This document shows positions 38,267 through 50,089 of a stretch of 64,000 nt of DNA, one piece after another. This DNA is from Macrostomum lignano. Lineage: Eukaryota. Both the position numbers and the translations under genes were made by a program. The stretch covers positions 496,001 to 560,000 of the forward strand of contig NIVC01000137.1 in assembly GCA_002269645.1 (NCBI GenBank), read 5' to 3'. Numbering within the stretch: the first letter of the stretch is position 1; every line of letters starts with the position of its first letter. The notes under the pieces were generated by a model. The model saw only the letters and a program-made list of their open reading frames with translations. It did no database searches and was not told the origin of the DNA.

Positions 38267-39217
38267 TTAGATGGCTGCATTTACAGGCTGATTCTCAGAA
38301 AAACTAAACTTGTAAAGGTGCAGAATAACAGAACTATATTGTTGCCTTTCATTGAGATTTTTAAAATACTCAGAGAAAACTTTTTGGATAACCTCTTCAA
38401 AACTAGGATAGAAAGTTAAACTCGCAGGTTCGTGCGAATCAAAGACTGCATATTGATTACTGTTTAGCTGATCACGCATAAGGCACTTTGCCAAAGAGAT
38501 TCTTTTTCCTTGTTTATCAACCTCGGAATGACGAAAAATCATACCATCCGCTTCTTCAATGTACCGCCTATAACGAGTAGATCGTAAATCCTCGCAGTTG
38601 TGTAAAATAAGGGTGAGATAAAAAAACATGTCCCTTGGTACGAGCCGAAACCACCATAACGCATTGAGTACATGATGATAGTTTAAAAGTGAGCCAACCT
38701 TGATTTCGTGATGAAACTCGCAAATCCATAAATAAAGATAATTACCATATACTATAAGCACTTCTAACTGTTCCGACGATTTGAAAAATTCCAAACCAAT
38801 ACCGTGCTTACGAAGTAGACAGTGAACCAATGCTGCACACGCCGACATAGCGAAACATTGGCAATCGGCCGCCTCACCAAATTGTCGTCTGTCGTTCTGA
38901 GAAAATTTAGCTCTGATTGATTTTCTGTTCGCAGTGGCATGCCCAATGCTTTCATTTGTGATTACCGAACCAGACAGAGAAAGGCATTTCTTTGTCACTT
39001 TTGAAAAACAATCAGATTTCTTGAACTTATAAAACGACAAACCTGTAATATTTTTAGAATCGAAATCTTTTAACGCATAATCTGACAAGCACTTTTCAAC
39101 CTCCTGATAAAAGTTTTCGATGTTAAATTTTAAATCGGAATAAAAAGTCCTAGGAGTATAGAAAGGCTGTTGACTTTTAAAGGCATCGATTGCGTCCGAA
39201 TACGAATCTTGAAAACC
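38267..39217 (-). CDS. Herpes tegument deubiquitinase-like (peptidase C76/Herpes_teg_N-like) cysteine protease domain protein, copy 2 (probably an exon)
   Basis: 336-codon ORF with likely acceptor TTCCAACCAG at 39218. Motifs IRAKFSQNDRRQFGEAADCQCFAMS, LEVLIVYGNYLY and YAVFDSH. The upstream exon or start was not found. Confidence 0.6.
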   Translation of the reverse strand, partial: GFQDSYSDAIDAFKSQQPFYTPRTFYSDLKFNIENFYQEVEKCLSDYALKDFDSKNITGLSFYKFKKSDCFSKVTKKCLSLSGSVITNESIGHATANRKSIRAKFSQNDRRQFGEAADCQCFAMSACAALVHCLLRKHGIGLEFFKSSEQLEVLIVYGNYLYLWICEFHHEIKVGSLLNYHHVLNALWWFRLVPRDMFFYLTLILHNCEDLRSTRYRRYIEEADGMIFRHSEVDKQGKRISLAKCLMRDQLNSNQYAVFDSHEPASLTFYPSFEEVIQKVFSEYFKNLNERQQYSSVILHLYKFSFSENQPVNAAI

Positions 39218-39404
39218 CTGGTTGGAATAAGCCAGAAATCGGACAAAAGTTATATTATTTAAAATATTATTTAACACTTACTTTACAATCGAACTTAAAC
39301 GATATCAAAGTTTCATTCCAACAATATTTCATAGATTAAAAATTAGAAAATGATTGCATTGGCCATCGAAAATGAAAAAAATTATCTAATTTTCTTCACC
39401 CGTG

Positions 39405-40130
39405 GATCTGAGAGGGTGTCCCTAGAACCTGGGGACCTGGGGAACCTGGGGATCTGAGAGGGTGTCCCTAGAACCTGGGGACCTGGGGAACCTGGGGATC
39501 TGAGAGGGTGTCACTAGAACCTGGAGATCTGAGAAGGTGTCACTGGAACCTGGAGATCTGAGAGGGTGTCACTAGAACCTGGGGACCTGGGGATCTGAGA
39601 GGGTGTCACTGGAACCTGGGGATCTGAGAGGGTGTCACTAGAACCCGGGGATCTGAGAGGGTATCACTGGAACCCGGGGATCTGAGAGGGTATCACTAGA
39701 ACCTGGGAATCTGAGAGGGTGTCACTAGAACCCGGGAATCTGAGAGGGTGTCACTAGAACCCGGGGATCTGAGAGGGTGTCACTAGAACCTGGGAATCTG
39801 AGAGGGTGTCACTAGAACCTGGGAATCTGAGAGGGTGTCACTAGAACCTGGGAATCTGAGAGGGTGTCCCTAGAACCTGGGATCTGAGAGTGTCCCTAGA
39901 ACCTGGGATCTGAGAGTGGCCCTAGAACCTGGGATCTGAGAGTGTCCCTAGAACCTGGGATCTGAGAGTGGCCCTAGAACCTGGGGATTTAAGAGGGGCC
40001 CTAGAACCTGGGATTTGAGAGTTCCACTAGAACCTGGGGATCTGAGAGGGTGTCACTAGAACCTGGGGATCTGAGAGGGTGTCACCAGGACCTGGGGATC
40101 TGAGAGGGTGTCACCAGGACCTGGGGATCT
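39405..40130. repeat. ~29-bp minisatellite (GGGATCTGAGAGGGTGTCACTAGAACCTG)
   Basis: About 24 degenerate tandem copies. Confidence 0.92.
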
Positions 40131-40973
40131 GTGATCCCTCAAATAGACCCTGACAATGGTTTGACAGGCCCGTAGTAAACCTAGACGTTATCCTAAGCCT
40201 TCAAAGTAAATAACGAATAAACCGGAGATCAAGCAAAAAAACAGGCAATGTCATTCTACAATAGTTTTGCTTTTATTTTTTATTATGAATGATAGTAATA
40301 GAGAGAATATTAGTAGTATGACAATAGTATGATAATAATAATTTTGTAGCACTGATAAAAATTATTTTTTTAAATGTCGACAAGATATACAAAGTGAAAG
40401 TTATACAAAATGGCGTATAGGATGTTTAAGCAATATAAATTTAAATGATGATTTAAACTGTACCTCACCAAAAAACAAAATGAGATGTAAACGAACGCAC
40501 AGGGAAAAAACACAGGAAAAATAACGTAAAATTTTATTGAAAAGAATGACTATATTTGAATACTATTATTACGTGCAAAAAATGATGCAAAATGTAAAAA
40601 TTGATTTCAACTGCACCACACCAAAAAACACCAAAATCGACTTCTGAGCGACTACGGCACGTTAAAAAAATTTACAGGGTAAATGGCATGAAATTTATAT
40701 ATTGCAATAAATAGCCAATGATGAAAGAAAAATATGCGCGTATATATGAATACATTATTACTGGTATTATTTACAAAAGACTTTTGAAAAGCCAAAAAAT
40801 TGTTTAATTAATTAGTTAATTACAATAATAAATAATTTATAATTTAATTTTGAAAAAAAGCGTGATTTAATTTAAATTGAAAAATTATGACAAACAAAAT
40901 ATTTTTGTCTCTATAATATTCCTTTAATTTGAACCATCAGCCATTTTATAGCATCCCAGATTTATTTGTATTT

Positions 40974-43900
40974 TCATTCGTCGCATTTATAAAAGTGCAT
41001 TTCGCACGGCCAGCCGTTTTGAAACATAACACACAGGTTCATAACCAGTTCGTCAATACTGGAGCATCTGAGAGCATAGGCTGGATTGCTAGTGCTCGAA
41101 TCGCCAGTAGCCTCAATTTGATTATCAAGCAATGATGCAGCACCATCAAAAGAAGCTGGAAACTGATCGGAGCCATGCGAATCAAACAGAAACAGTTGAC
41201 TGCAATCCATCCGATCCCGGGTCAGAGCCACAGCTCGGCCGCACATGATCAACAAGAAGCCATCGTAGCCGTTGGAAAATCCCGACTGAACATTTCTAGC
41301 CAAGTCAATCCAGTTATGAGGATTTGACTCGCCTACTACGGCATCAAATCTTGGCCAGCATCCGTGTCGATCGAATGCCAGCATCCCATTCTGCAGCTCG
41401 TCAAAATTTAAATGTTGATTATTTGGCAGCCTATTGGCTTTGATGCAAGTTTCATACAGTTGATGGCCAATATTCAAGACGACATCGAGAATAGATTTCG
41501 ATAGCGAGCCGCTAAACGATCCGAGTAGCATATGATGCAGCCGGATAAAAGCCATAGACATTGCCATGCACTGCATTCCGGCCGCAGCGCCAAATAATGA
41601 GAAATCTGACTGGTTTCTGCTAGCCAATAGGGCTGCGCGTTGGACATAGCCTGTGAAATTTATCGTTGCCTTCTTAATTAATATTTCCTATGCTAGTCTC
41701 ACACAGGTATACGTTTCTATAGTTTGTGCGAGCAACTGCATTACTCTGCATGTCCTAAACTTGACTACTCCTAAACTTGACCGCTCCTAAACTTGACCAC
41801 TCCTAAACTTGACCACTCCTAAACTTGACCACGCCTAAACTTGACCACTCCTAAACTTGACCACTCCTAAACTTGACTACTCCTAAACTTGACCACTCCT
41901 AAACTTGACCACTCCTAAACTTGACCACGCCTAAACTTGACCACTCCTAAACTTGACTACTCCTAAACTTGACCACGCTTAAACTTGACCACTCCTAAAC
42001 TTGACTACTCCTAAACTTGACCACTCCTAAACTTGACTACTCCTAAACTTGACCACTCCTAAACTTGACCACTCCTAAACTTGACTACTCCTAAACTTGA
42101 CTACTCCTAAACTTGACCACTCCTAAACTTAACTACTCCTAAACTTGACCACTCCTAAACTTGACTACTCATAAACTTGACCACTCCTAAACTTGACCGC
42201 TCCTAAACTTGACCACTCCTAAACTTGACTACTCATAAACTTGACCACTCCTAAACTTGACTACTCATAAACTTGACTACTCAAACTTGACCACTCCTAA
42301 ACCTGACCACTCCTAAACTTGACTACTCCCTAAACTTGACTACTCCTAAACTTGACTACTCCCTAAACTTGACTACTCCTAAACTTGACCACTCCTAAAC
42401 TTGACCACGCCTAAACTTGACCACTCCTAAACTTGACTACTCCTAAACTTGACCACGCTTAAACTTGAACACTCCTAAACTTGACTACTCCTAAACTTGA
42501 CCACTCCTAAACTTGACCACTCCTAAACTTGACCACTCATAAACTTGACCACTCCTAAACTTGACCACTCCTAAACTTGACTACTCATAAACTTGACCAC
42601 TCCTAAACTTGACCACTCATAAACTTGACTACTCCTAAACTTGACAACTCCTAAACTTGACCACTCCTAAACTTGACTACTCCTAAACTTGACCACTCCT
42701 AAACTTGACTACTCCTAAACTTGACCACTCCTAAACTTGACTACTCCTAAACTTGACCACTCCTAAACTTGACTACTCCTAAACTTGACCACTCCTAAAC
42801 TTGACCACTCCTAAACTTGACTACTCCTAAACTTGACCACTCCTAAACTTGACCACTCCTAAACTTGACCACGCCTAAACTTGACCACTCCTAAACTTGA
42901 CTACTCCTAAACTTGACCACGCTTAAACTTGACCACTCCTAAACTTGACTACTCCTAAACTTGACCACTCCTAAACTTGACTACTCCTAAACTTGACCAC
43001 TCCTAAACTTGACCACTCCTAAACTTGACTACTCCTAAACTTGACTACTCCTAAACTTGACCACTCCTAAACTTGACTACTCCTAAACTTGACCACTCCT
43101 AAACTTGACTACTCATAAACTTGACCACTCCTAAACTTGACCGCTCCTAAACTTGACCACTCCTAAACTTGACTACTCCTAAACGTGACTACTCCTAAAC
43201 TTGACTACTCCTAAACTTGACCACTCCTAAACTTGACTACTCCTAAACTTGACTACTTCTAAACTTGACTACTCCTAAACTTGACCACTCCTAAAAAATT
43301 GACCACTCCTAAAAACTTGACTACTCCTAAACTTGACCACTCTTAAACTTGACTCTCCTAAACTTGACTCCTAAACACTTGGCAACTTTTTGAGGGTTTC
43401 ACTCAATCACTAAATTTCACATTATGAAAATTTTAGCAACTTACCTGGCTCAGCCTCTTCCTGACTAATTTGTGTCTGAAACTGAACACGAGGCCACCCG
43501 GGATTAGCAAACTGGCACGTGTCAGGCAGAATTTCTGGCGGAAGACTGACAACGCGAGAGTGCGCTAGAGCCCTGCTAACAGCGTCAGTGGTCATCTTCA
43601 ACAATAGGCCATTGTAGGCACTATCTTCCCTACTCCGTAGATAACAATGAAAATCCAACAGAAACTGCATCCGTGTCCAAACAAATGGTTGCGAATTCCA
43701 ACACATCTGAAACAGCGGATCTCTATTCGAACTAATACTAGCCCGATTAACCAATTGACTGCTCCAAGCTGCACTGGGAGTGGACAAGAAATCAAGCAGA
43801 CAGTCGCGAGCAAACTGATGAAATTGGTGCGAGCACTGGCACGGATCAACTAGCTTCATCAGTTGCACAACAGTATTGCTTGGATTCTCAAGAATTTTAC

Positions 43901-44122
43901 AAATCAGCTTGCAAACTTGCCACTTTGAAACGTTAGAAATGGTAATTGATTCTCTCTCATTGTCATTAACCAACTCCATAGAGAAGCGACCAGCTGGCTG
44001 GCCAGGGTCATCTGTAACCAGGACAGCAGCGGTCGGAGGGTACATCATTGTACACAGCGTAGACATTAGGCTTTCAACACACTCCGGAAGAGCAAGACAG
44101 CCCAGTCTATTAAGATCCGCCT
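40974..44122 (-). CDS. Multi-exon gene: uncharacterised N-terminal exon spliced to a herpes tegument deubiquitinase-like (peptidase C76) domain, copy 1
   Basis: Exon 44122-43445 (acceptor TTATTCAG, donor G|GTAAGT, phase 1) joins exon 41650-40974 (TTTCACAG|GC, phase 1) in frame. Motifs LASRNQSDFSLFGAAAGMQCMAMSMAF, ILDVVLNIGHQLYE, HLNFDEL, GYDGFLLIMCGRAVAL and LFLFDSHG. The 5' exon was not located. Confidence 0.7.
41752..43375. repeat. 16-bp minisatellite (ACTCCTAAACTTGACC/T), ~100 copies, filling the intron of the C76-like gene
   Basis: Direct tandem copies. Confidence 0.97.
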
Positions 44123-45029
44123 CTGAATAATGTGGCCGCTGTCTTATGCTTCGGAGGACATAGACCTAAAAATTTTTAGCAATGCAGAAAAATAATGCAA
44201 GTTATCATTGCCTCAATTCTTTATTAGAATTAACTCCCTCAACTCACATTAATAATTTGTGCAGAAGTAATTAGAAAATACAAATGATGGATGCCACCAG
44301 AAGAATTGTCTGCAACATTGTTATCATTTTCTTTATCCATTGTTTAATTGTTCAATAATTGTAGGGCTTGTGGCATAAATTGGTAATTGTATAAGATGAC
44401 ATTAAATTATATAAAATTTTATATAATTCATTACAAAATGATTTTTAAAGATTTTACTTTAATATTGTTTACTTACAATAGAATAATTCAAACAAAATTA
44501 CTATAGTCTAATAATTTATGTCTGTAAAAAAAGATTATTGATAAAGTGATACCTTAAAAATGTAATAAAAACCTAGTTTTGCATAGAAAGATTGATATGC
44601 ATAATATCTTTTCAACAAAATTCAAAGCACTAAATATTTAGATTAGGCCCTAATAGCAAAGTCCTAATTAATAATAAGACAAAATAAAATAATGAAAAAT
44701 TAGATATAAAATTTAAAATAATATAAAGCTTGTTGCAATATTTAACAACTTGCTTTACAAAGCCAGCATACTAAGACAATATTTTTAATCATTTAAAAAA
44801 ACAAAAAATAATATTTATAAACTATATTTTTCAGGTTGATATTTAATTTTTTAGGTAATACCTATTGGAAAAGTTATGCACTTGTGTAGGCATAAAAGGT
44901 GAGCAAGGTGCACAAAAGAGCACTTTAGTGGCCTATTTTTTGCATGTTTTTAGTTAGTTAAAAGGAAATTCCAGGGTCAGTTAGATTTATCTCAACAAGA
45001 TAGAGCACCTGTACACTAATTAATTAAGG

Positions 45030-45421
45030 GTTGAATAGGAATGGCTGGAGCAGAAAATTAACTTGCAAAGTTGCACTAGCTGCCATTGTTGCCAGATCTA
45101 TTGCTGATTGACTCTAGTGTGAAGGCACACATTAAGAGCAAGGCCTATTCTGTCTGCCATAGCAACATTGAGTCATTGAAGGCTGCTATGACAGAAAAGT
45201 GGAATGCTGTGTCACTAGCCTATATCCGCAACACTTGCAGAACTTTCCAAAGATGCCTTCAGAGAGCCATTGAAGCTTGAGGTGGCTACTTTGAGTAATA
45301 TTAACTACTGCAAGTCATGAACACATGCAAAAGGTTTTAGTAGCCAAAAATATACAATTTGAATATTAATACTTTTTATGTTGCTTCTAATTTACTGAAA
45401 AGACTTTTGCAACACCCACAG
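45030..45421 (+). mobile_element. Tc1/mariner (maT/DD37D-like) transposase 3' remnant
   Basis: LPDLLLIDSSVKAHIKSKAYSVCHSNIESLKAAMTEKWNAVSLAYIRNTCRTFQRCLQRAIEA*GGYFE* matches the (S)PDLNP.DY..W..L...W......I...C..F..RL..VI...GG.FE C-terminus of Tc1/mariner transposases. Confidence 0.65.
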
Positions 45422-46150
45422 ACTTTATTAAAGATTCTAATGATTTGCCAATATGTATACAGAAAGTAAATTTTAGTAAAAAATAGGTTATTTGCAAATG
45501 AATAGCTTTATAATGCAGTGAAATAAGTCCTAATATTAAGCTTAGAATTTTTCTGACCCTATGCACTTGCCCCTTATTTAGGGCCATCTAACTCTGCTAC
45601 CCATACTTGCATCATTTTGGCTTACTAGACTTTAATAAAAATTACCATTTCTCTGCATCTATATTTTTTCATGAAGATCAATAAACTGTAATTTGGTATT
45701 ATTAAAGAAAAAATACCAATGTTTGTTATTGATTTTGTATTCCAAGCTTTCCTTAGAATTTTTATTCAAGCTAAGATCATGTTCAATATTAAAAACAAAT
45801 TTCAAATAGTAAAGTTAGGCTTAAAAAGTTAATTTTTGGCTATTGTTAGAAAATTATTCTATGATAATTAGGCTATTAGACCCGAGGATACTGACAAAAT
45901 GATTAACTAGTTACTAGTAAACAATAATATAAGTAGCCATATCAAGATTAGGAAGGTAGTGAAAGATTTATCAAAATAATTTTTAGGGGACTATGTGCTG
46001 CTTGATCTTTAATGTAATTTTATTTATATCTCACTGCAACAATGAAAAAACTGTTATATTTATATTGCTAGACTTATCTAAATGCCACCTACAACCTGTT
46101 ACTTCTATGTTAACTATTACTATTTGTACTATGCACTATTATTTATGAAT

Positions 46151-46934
46151 ACAATCCACTTTAGTAATAGCCACTTTGGTAACTGCCCCATTTTGGTAAC
46201 AAAAAGTGACTGTCCACTTTGGTAACTGCCACTTTGGTAACTAAGTAGATTTACAATTGTCAAAACTATATCTTTATGGTAGTTAACTATAGCAATAATT
46301 AGTTTATTAATTAATATCTTACATATTTTATTGCCACATATGGTTTAATTTTCTAGTTAGACTATATTATAATTTGCTTAAACTTGTACATTATCTTTGT
46401 GATTTTTTAAGGCAAAGAAACTTAAGCAAAGTGCATTTTGAAAATTAAAATTTTGTAAGTAAAAGAAAGTAGATTCTGTAACTTCAAGTTGCTAATTTAG
46501 AGATTCTAATGTATACAATATTTAGTCAATTTTAGGATGTCTTTGGTGCATGCATTTGGTGCACTCAGAAATTAAAAAAAATTAGTTAAAACACTTTTAA
46601 ATAAGCAGTTTTCTATATCAATCAAAATCTCTCCAAGTGTGCAAGAATTTATCTTAACTTTGTCTTTCTTTCCTTTAAGTTTATTTGCACATTCTTTTGG
46701 AACATATCAATCAATATATGCTCTTATTCTCTCATTTGTTACCAAAGTAACAATTATAAATCTGTTTTGTTACCAAAAAGGCTATTTTTGAATTAGTCAT
46801 GGTTTGTTACTAAATGAAGTGGCTATTACCAAAGTGGCTGTTACCAAAATGGCTATTACCAAATTAGTTATGGTTTGTTACTGAATCTGAATGAAATGGC
46901 TATTACCAAAGTGGCTAATACCAAAAGGGATTGT
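46151..46934. mobile_element. Non-autonomous inverted-repeat (foldback/MITE-like) element
   Basis: Left ACAATCCACTTTAGTAATAGCCACTTTGGTAA; right end reverse complement ACAATCCCTTTTGGTATTAGCCACTTTGGTAA. Subterminal GCCACTTTGGTAA motifs are repeated at both ends. No clear TSD. Confidence 0.6.
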
Positions 46935-47408
46935 TACCTTAATTATGCCTTGCCCCTAACTTATATATTAAAACTATTGTATTTGAAATTTAGGCCTAAG
47001 CTAAGAAATCAACAATTGAAAATTAGGGATATAGATAAGACTAACAAATAGTATTGTCAAAATTTGTTTTAAAAAATTCCAAATTTGTTTGTGTTTTTTT
47101 GTATATCCTAAATTTATAAAATTTCACTTGCACCCTAAAATTAAAAAATAAATACAACTTAAGTTATAGTCTTATATTCAATGTATTCATAATCTATTTT
47201 TCTTTTAAAATTAAAGCCTAAATTAAATTAGCTTAATTGGCTTAAGTTAAAATAACAAAAGAGAATTTGCACTCAGAGTAGTGTTTTACCATAGCTACGG
47301 CTACAGCTATGGGATCCTATAGCAAATATGGTAAAATAGGTGCCTATGGCAACTACAGATATACCTACAATAGATAGCTGCTCTTATGGCTACAACTATA
47401 GAAATATG

Positions 47409-47962
47409 GGCAATAGTGCAGTTTCGTTTGCGAAATTATTTTGTTTAAATTTGAAGTTTGAAACCAAAAAACAATAACAACAAAAATTGATGTTTTAGAC
47501 CATTCTAACGATTGTGGCAAAGACCGTGGCAGCCATCAAGTTGCGCACATTTAGCTCTAGTTGCGGTAGAGCATTTGCTGGCAGTACTTCATTTGGCCGA
47601 ATTATCCACGAGGGTCTTGGTGGTCATCTAGCCATGATACAATATGTTGTCCAAAAGAAAAAGCAGATATTAGCAGCTTCTTAGCTAAAGGGAAACAGTT
47701 TAAGCCCCCTCTCACTTGAGCCCCTTTCAATTTTTAAACTTTTTTTTCCATAGACAAATTGCGTTTCAAATAGCATTTGAGTGTAGCACAGATTTAATAA
47801 AAAAAGTATATTAATAAAACGCCCATTGCTTTTAAGTTCCGTGACCAGTGAGCTCTGGCACAGTTGCTAAAATGGTTTAAAACATTGTTGTTATTGTTTT
47901 CTGGTTTTGAACTTTTAAATTTAAACGAAAAATAATTTCGCAAACAAAACTGCACTATTGCC
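47409..47962. mobile_element. MITE with ~90-bp terminal inverted repeats
   Basis: GGCAATAGTGCAGTTTCGTTTGCGAAATTATTTT... is mirrored at 47870-47962. Near-TSD GAAATATG/AAAATATG (7/8). Confidence 0.75.
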
Positions 47963-49728
47963 AAAATATGGTAGGCTTAGTTGCTGTCATATTCCATAGA
48001 TTTTTATCTATAGCTATAGTTAATAATGAACATTTGGTTCAAGACAAAATTATTTGTCTCTTATGTTAATCACTAATGTTAACATGTTTAAGTTTTAAGT
48101 TTTATCATAAAAAATATTGAAACCATGTACATGGTATTTAGGTATCATGGTACAAGTATTGTAATACCATTGAGAACCAAATGTTTCTACAAAAATTTAT
48201 TTCCAAGAAGTGTTAAACAAATTTGAAATCACATTACCACTTTTCACATTCTTTGGCTAGGCCTAGTGTAGCTATAATAATCAGATACAATTTGCTGAGT
48301 TTCCATAATGTCTAGTTGACAAAATGCTGATTAACAAAGGGTCACCTGATTAAGTAATGTCACTCTTTGTAAAAAGATAAAATATAATCTTTGTATAAAT
48401 CTTCTATAAATTTTCATGTAATCTTTATATTAAGGCAATCAATTGTTTATTTTTTTATTTAATTTATAATTGATTAAATACTAGGTCAGCTTCCTAATCC
48501 TAGTTCAAAATATTAGCCAAGTAATATAAGACTTTTTGTTACAACCAAGACTATGGCTATGGGAACTATGGGAATATAATAATATTGGGATGTTTATAGC
48601 TAAGGGTACAGAATATGGAGAATTGGAATAAGCCATAGTTTTACTTACAACTATAATAGCTATGGCACATGGACCCTCTTTATGGAAAAACACTAAGAGC
48701 CTTAAAATTGCATTCTGAAATTGGCAATTGGGCATAAGGTGCATTTTAATATCTTGGCTCTAGACCTAGTAGAAAATCTAGATTTGTATATTCTATAATA
48801 TAGGCCTACTAATTTAACTAATTGGCATAGATTGGCCTACAAATTTATCAAATATTGTGCATTAGGGACCTTATTAATATTTAATATGATTTTGCACAAA
48901 TGCATTAAGAATTCCTTGTGTTGTAATGTAAATTGACAGATAAATAAAGCATTTGTTTAAAAGTGTCTAGACATTTTGTTAAAAATCATTTTTTGTAGAA
49001 TTTGAATAACAACAATAGGCAATAGCACTATAGGCCCTATTATATTACATTAAAAGCTATTTAAGCTATCATCAAATAGCTAGGCTAGGCCTACTTGATG
49101 TAATTAACTACTTGACTTGACCCTGACCCCTGTTGGATGGTTGGAATAAGTGTAGAAAATCTGCGGACACGCGAAACTGAGTCTAAAATTGTAGGCCTAT
49201 CTCAAAACGCGATGCAACTTAGAGCATGTTAACTTTCGCACCGAATACAGGTGTAGTACTAATTAGATAATAGATGATGGAGAATAAATCGCAATCGGTA
49301 TTAAATCGGGAGATTTAATAGGCAATAGGCGAGATTTAATACCGCAAATACCGATTTATTCTTAATTTGAAGAATGCGGTGACAAGAAGTTTTTTTAAAC
49401 AAATTTTCCATCCAATCGTAATTCATGTAACATTAATCTAAGAAAACAGAAATTTATTAGAAAAAAAGTTGTACGTGAATAATTATTTATTTTAATTATC
49501 TATTGTGAATTCATTGGATTACTCAAGACTGACCCTAAAGTATTGAAAAATTTGATTGATGCTGATTTCCACTCTTTTGCAAGTAATTAGATGTTTGGGC
49601 CGGGTTCAGAAAAGTGAAGCTGGTAGTTTAGGGATTTTTTATTTTGTGCGTTTCAGTCTGGAGTTTTCCGGGGCAAATATTGTCGTTTCGAATCCGCTGT
49701 GATTACATGGATATACTTCGTCTGCCGC

Positions 49729-49918
49729 CAGGGGCGGACCCAGGATTTTATCGAGGGGGGGGGGGGGCAAGCCTCACGTCTGGTCAGGCCAGAGCTGCAA
49801 TTAGGGTACCATGATACCAATACAGCATGATACCAATACATCTGAGGATTATTTTGGCAGAGCTTAGGGGGGGGGGGGGGCCATGGCCCCCTTGCCCCCC
49901 CCCCTCGGTCCGCCCCTG
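49729..49918. mobile_element. hAT-type MITE, 190 bp
   Basis: TIR CAGGGGCGGACC...GGTCCGCCCCTG with perfect 8-bp TSD TCTGCCGC (49721-49728 / 49919-49926). Confidence 0.9.
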
Positions 49919-50089
49919 TCTGCCGCGCGGGGTTCCGATCAATTCCGGAGGCGGGTAAATGTAGATATTTTGGGCCAGTGGTCTGTGGATTTTTTGTTCA
50001 AGTCTGTTGACACCGATGTATACATATTTTAGTTTTACGTTAATTTCGAGTATTCCTACTACACCGTACAACGCGTGTACGGACCGGCT

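Noticed and set aside
41752-43375. Telomere-like TTTAGG within the 16-bp unit
   Set aside because: Only a sub-motif of a longer unit, not a (TTAGGG)n tract.
49784-50071. ORF with a YVYIG motif suggesting a GIY-YIG nuclease
   Set aside because: No other GIY-YIG motifs; part of the ORF is MITE sequence, and the pre-insertion frame stops after a few codons.
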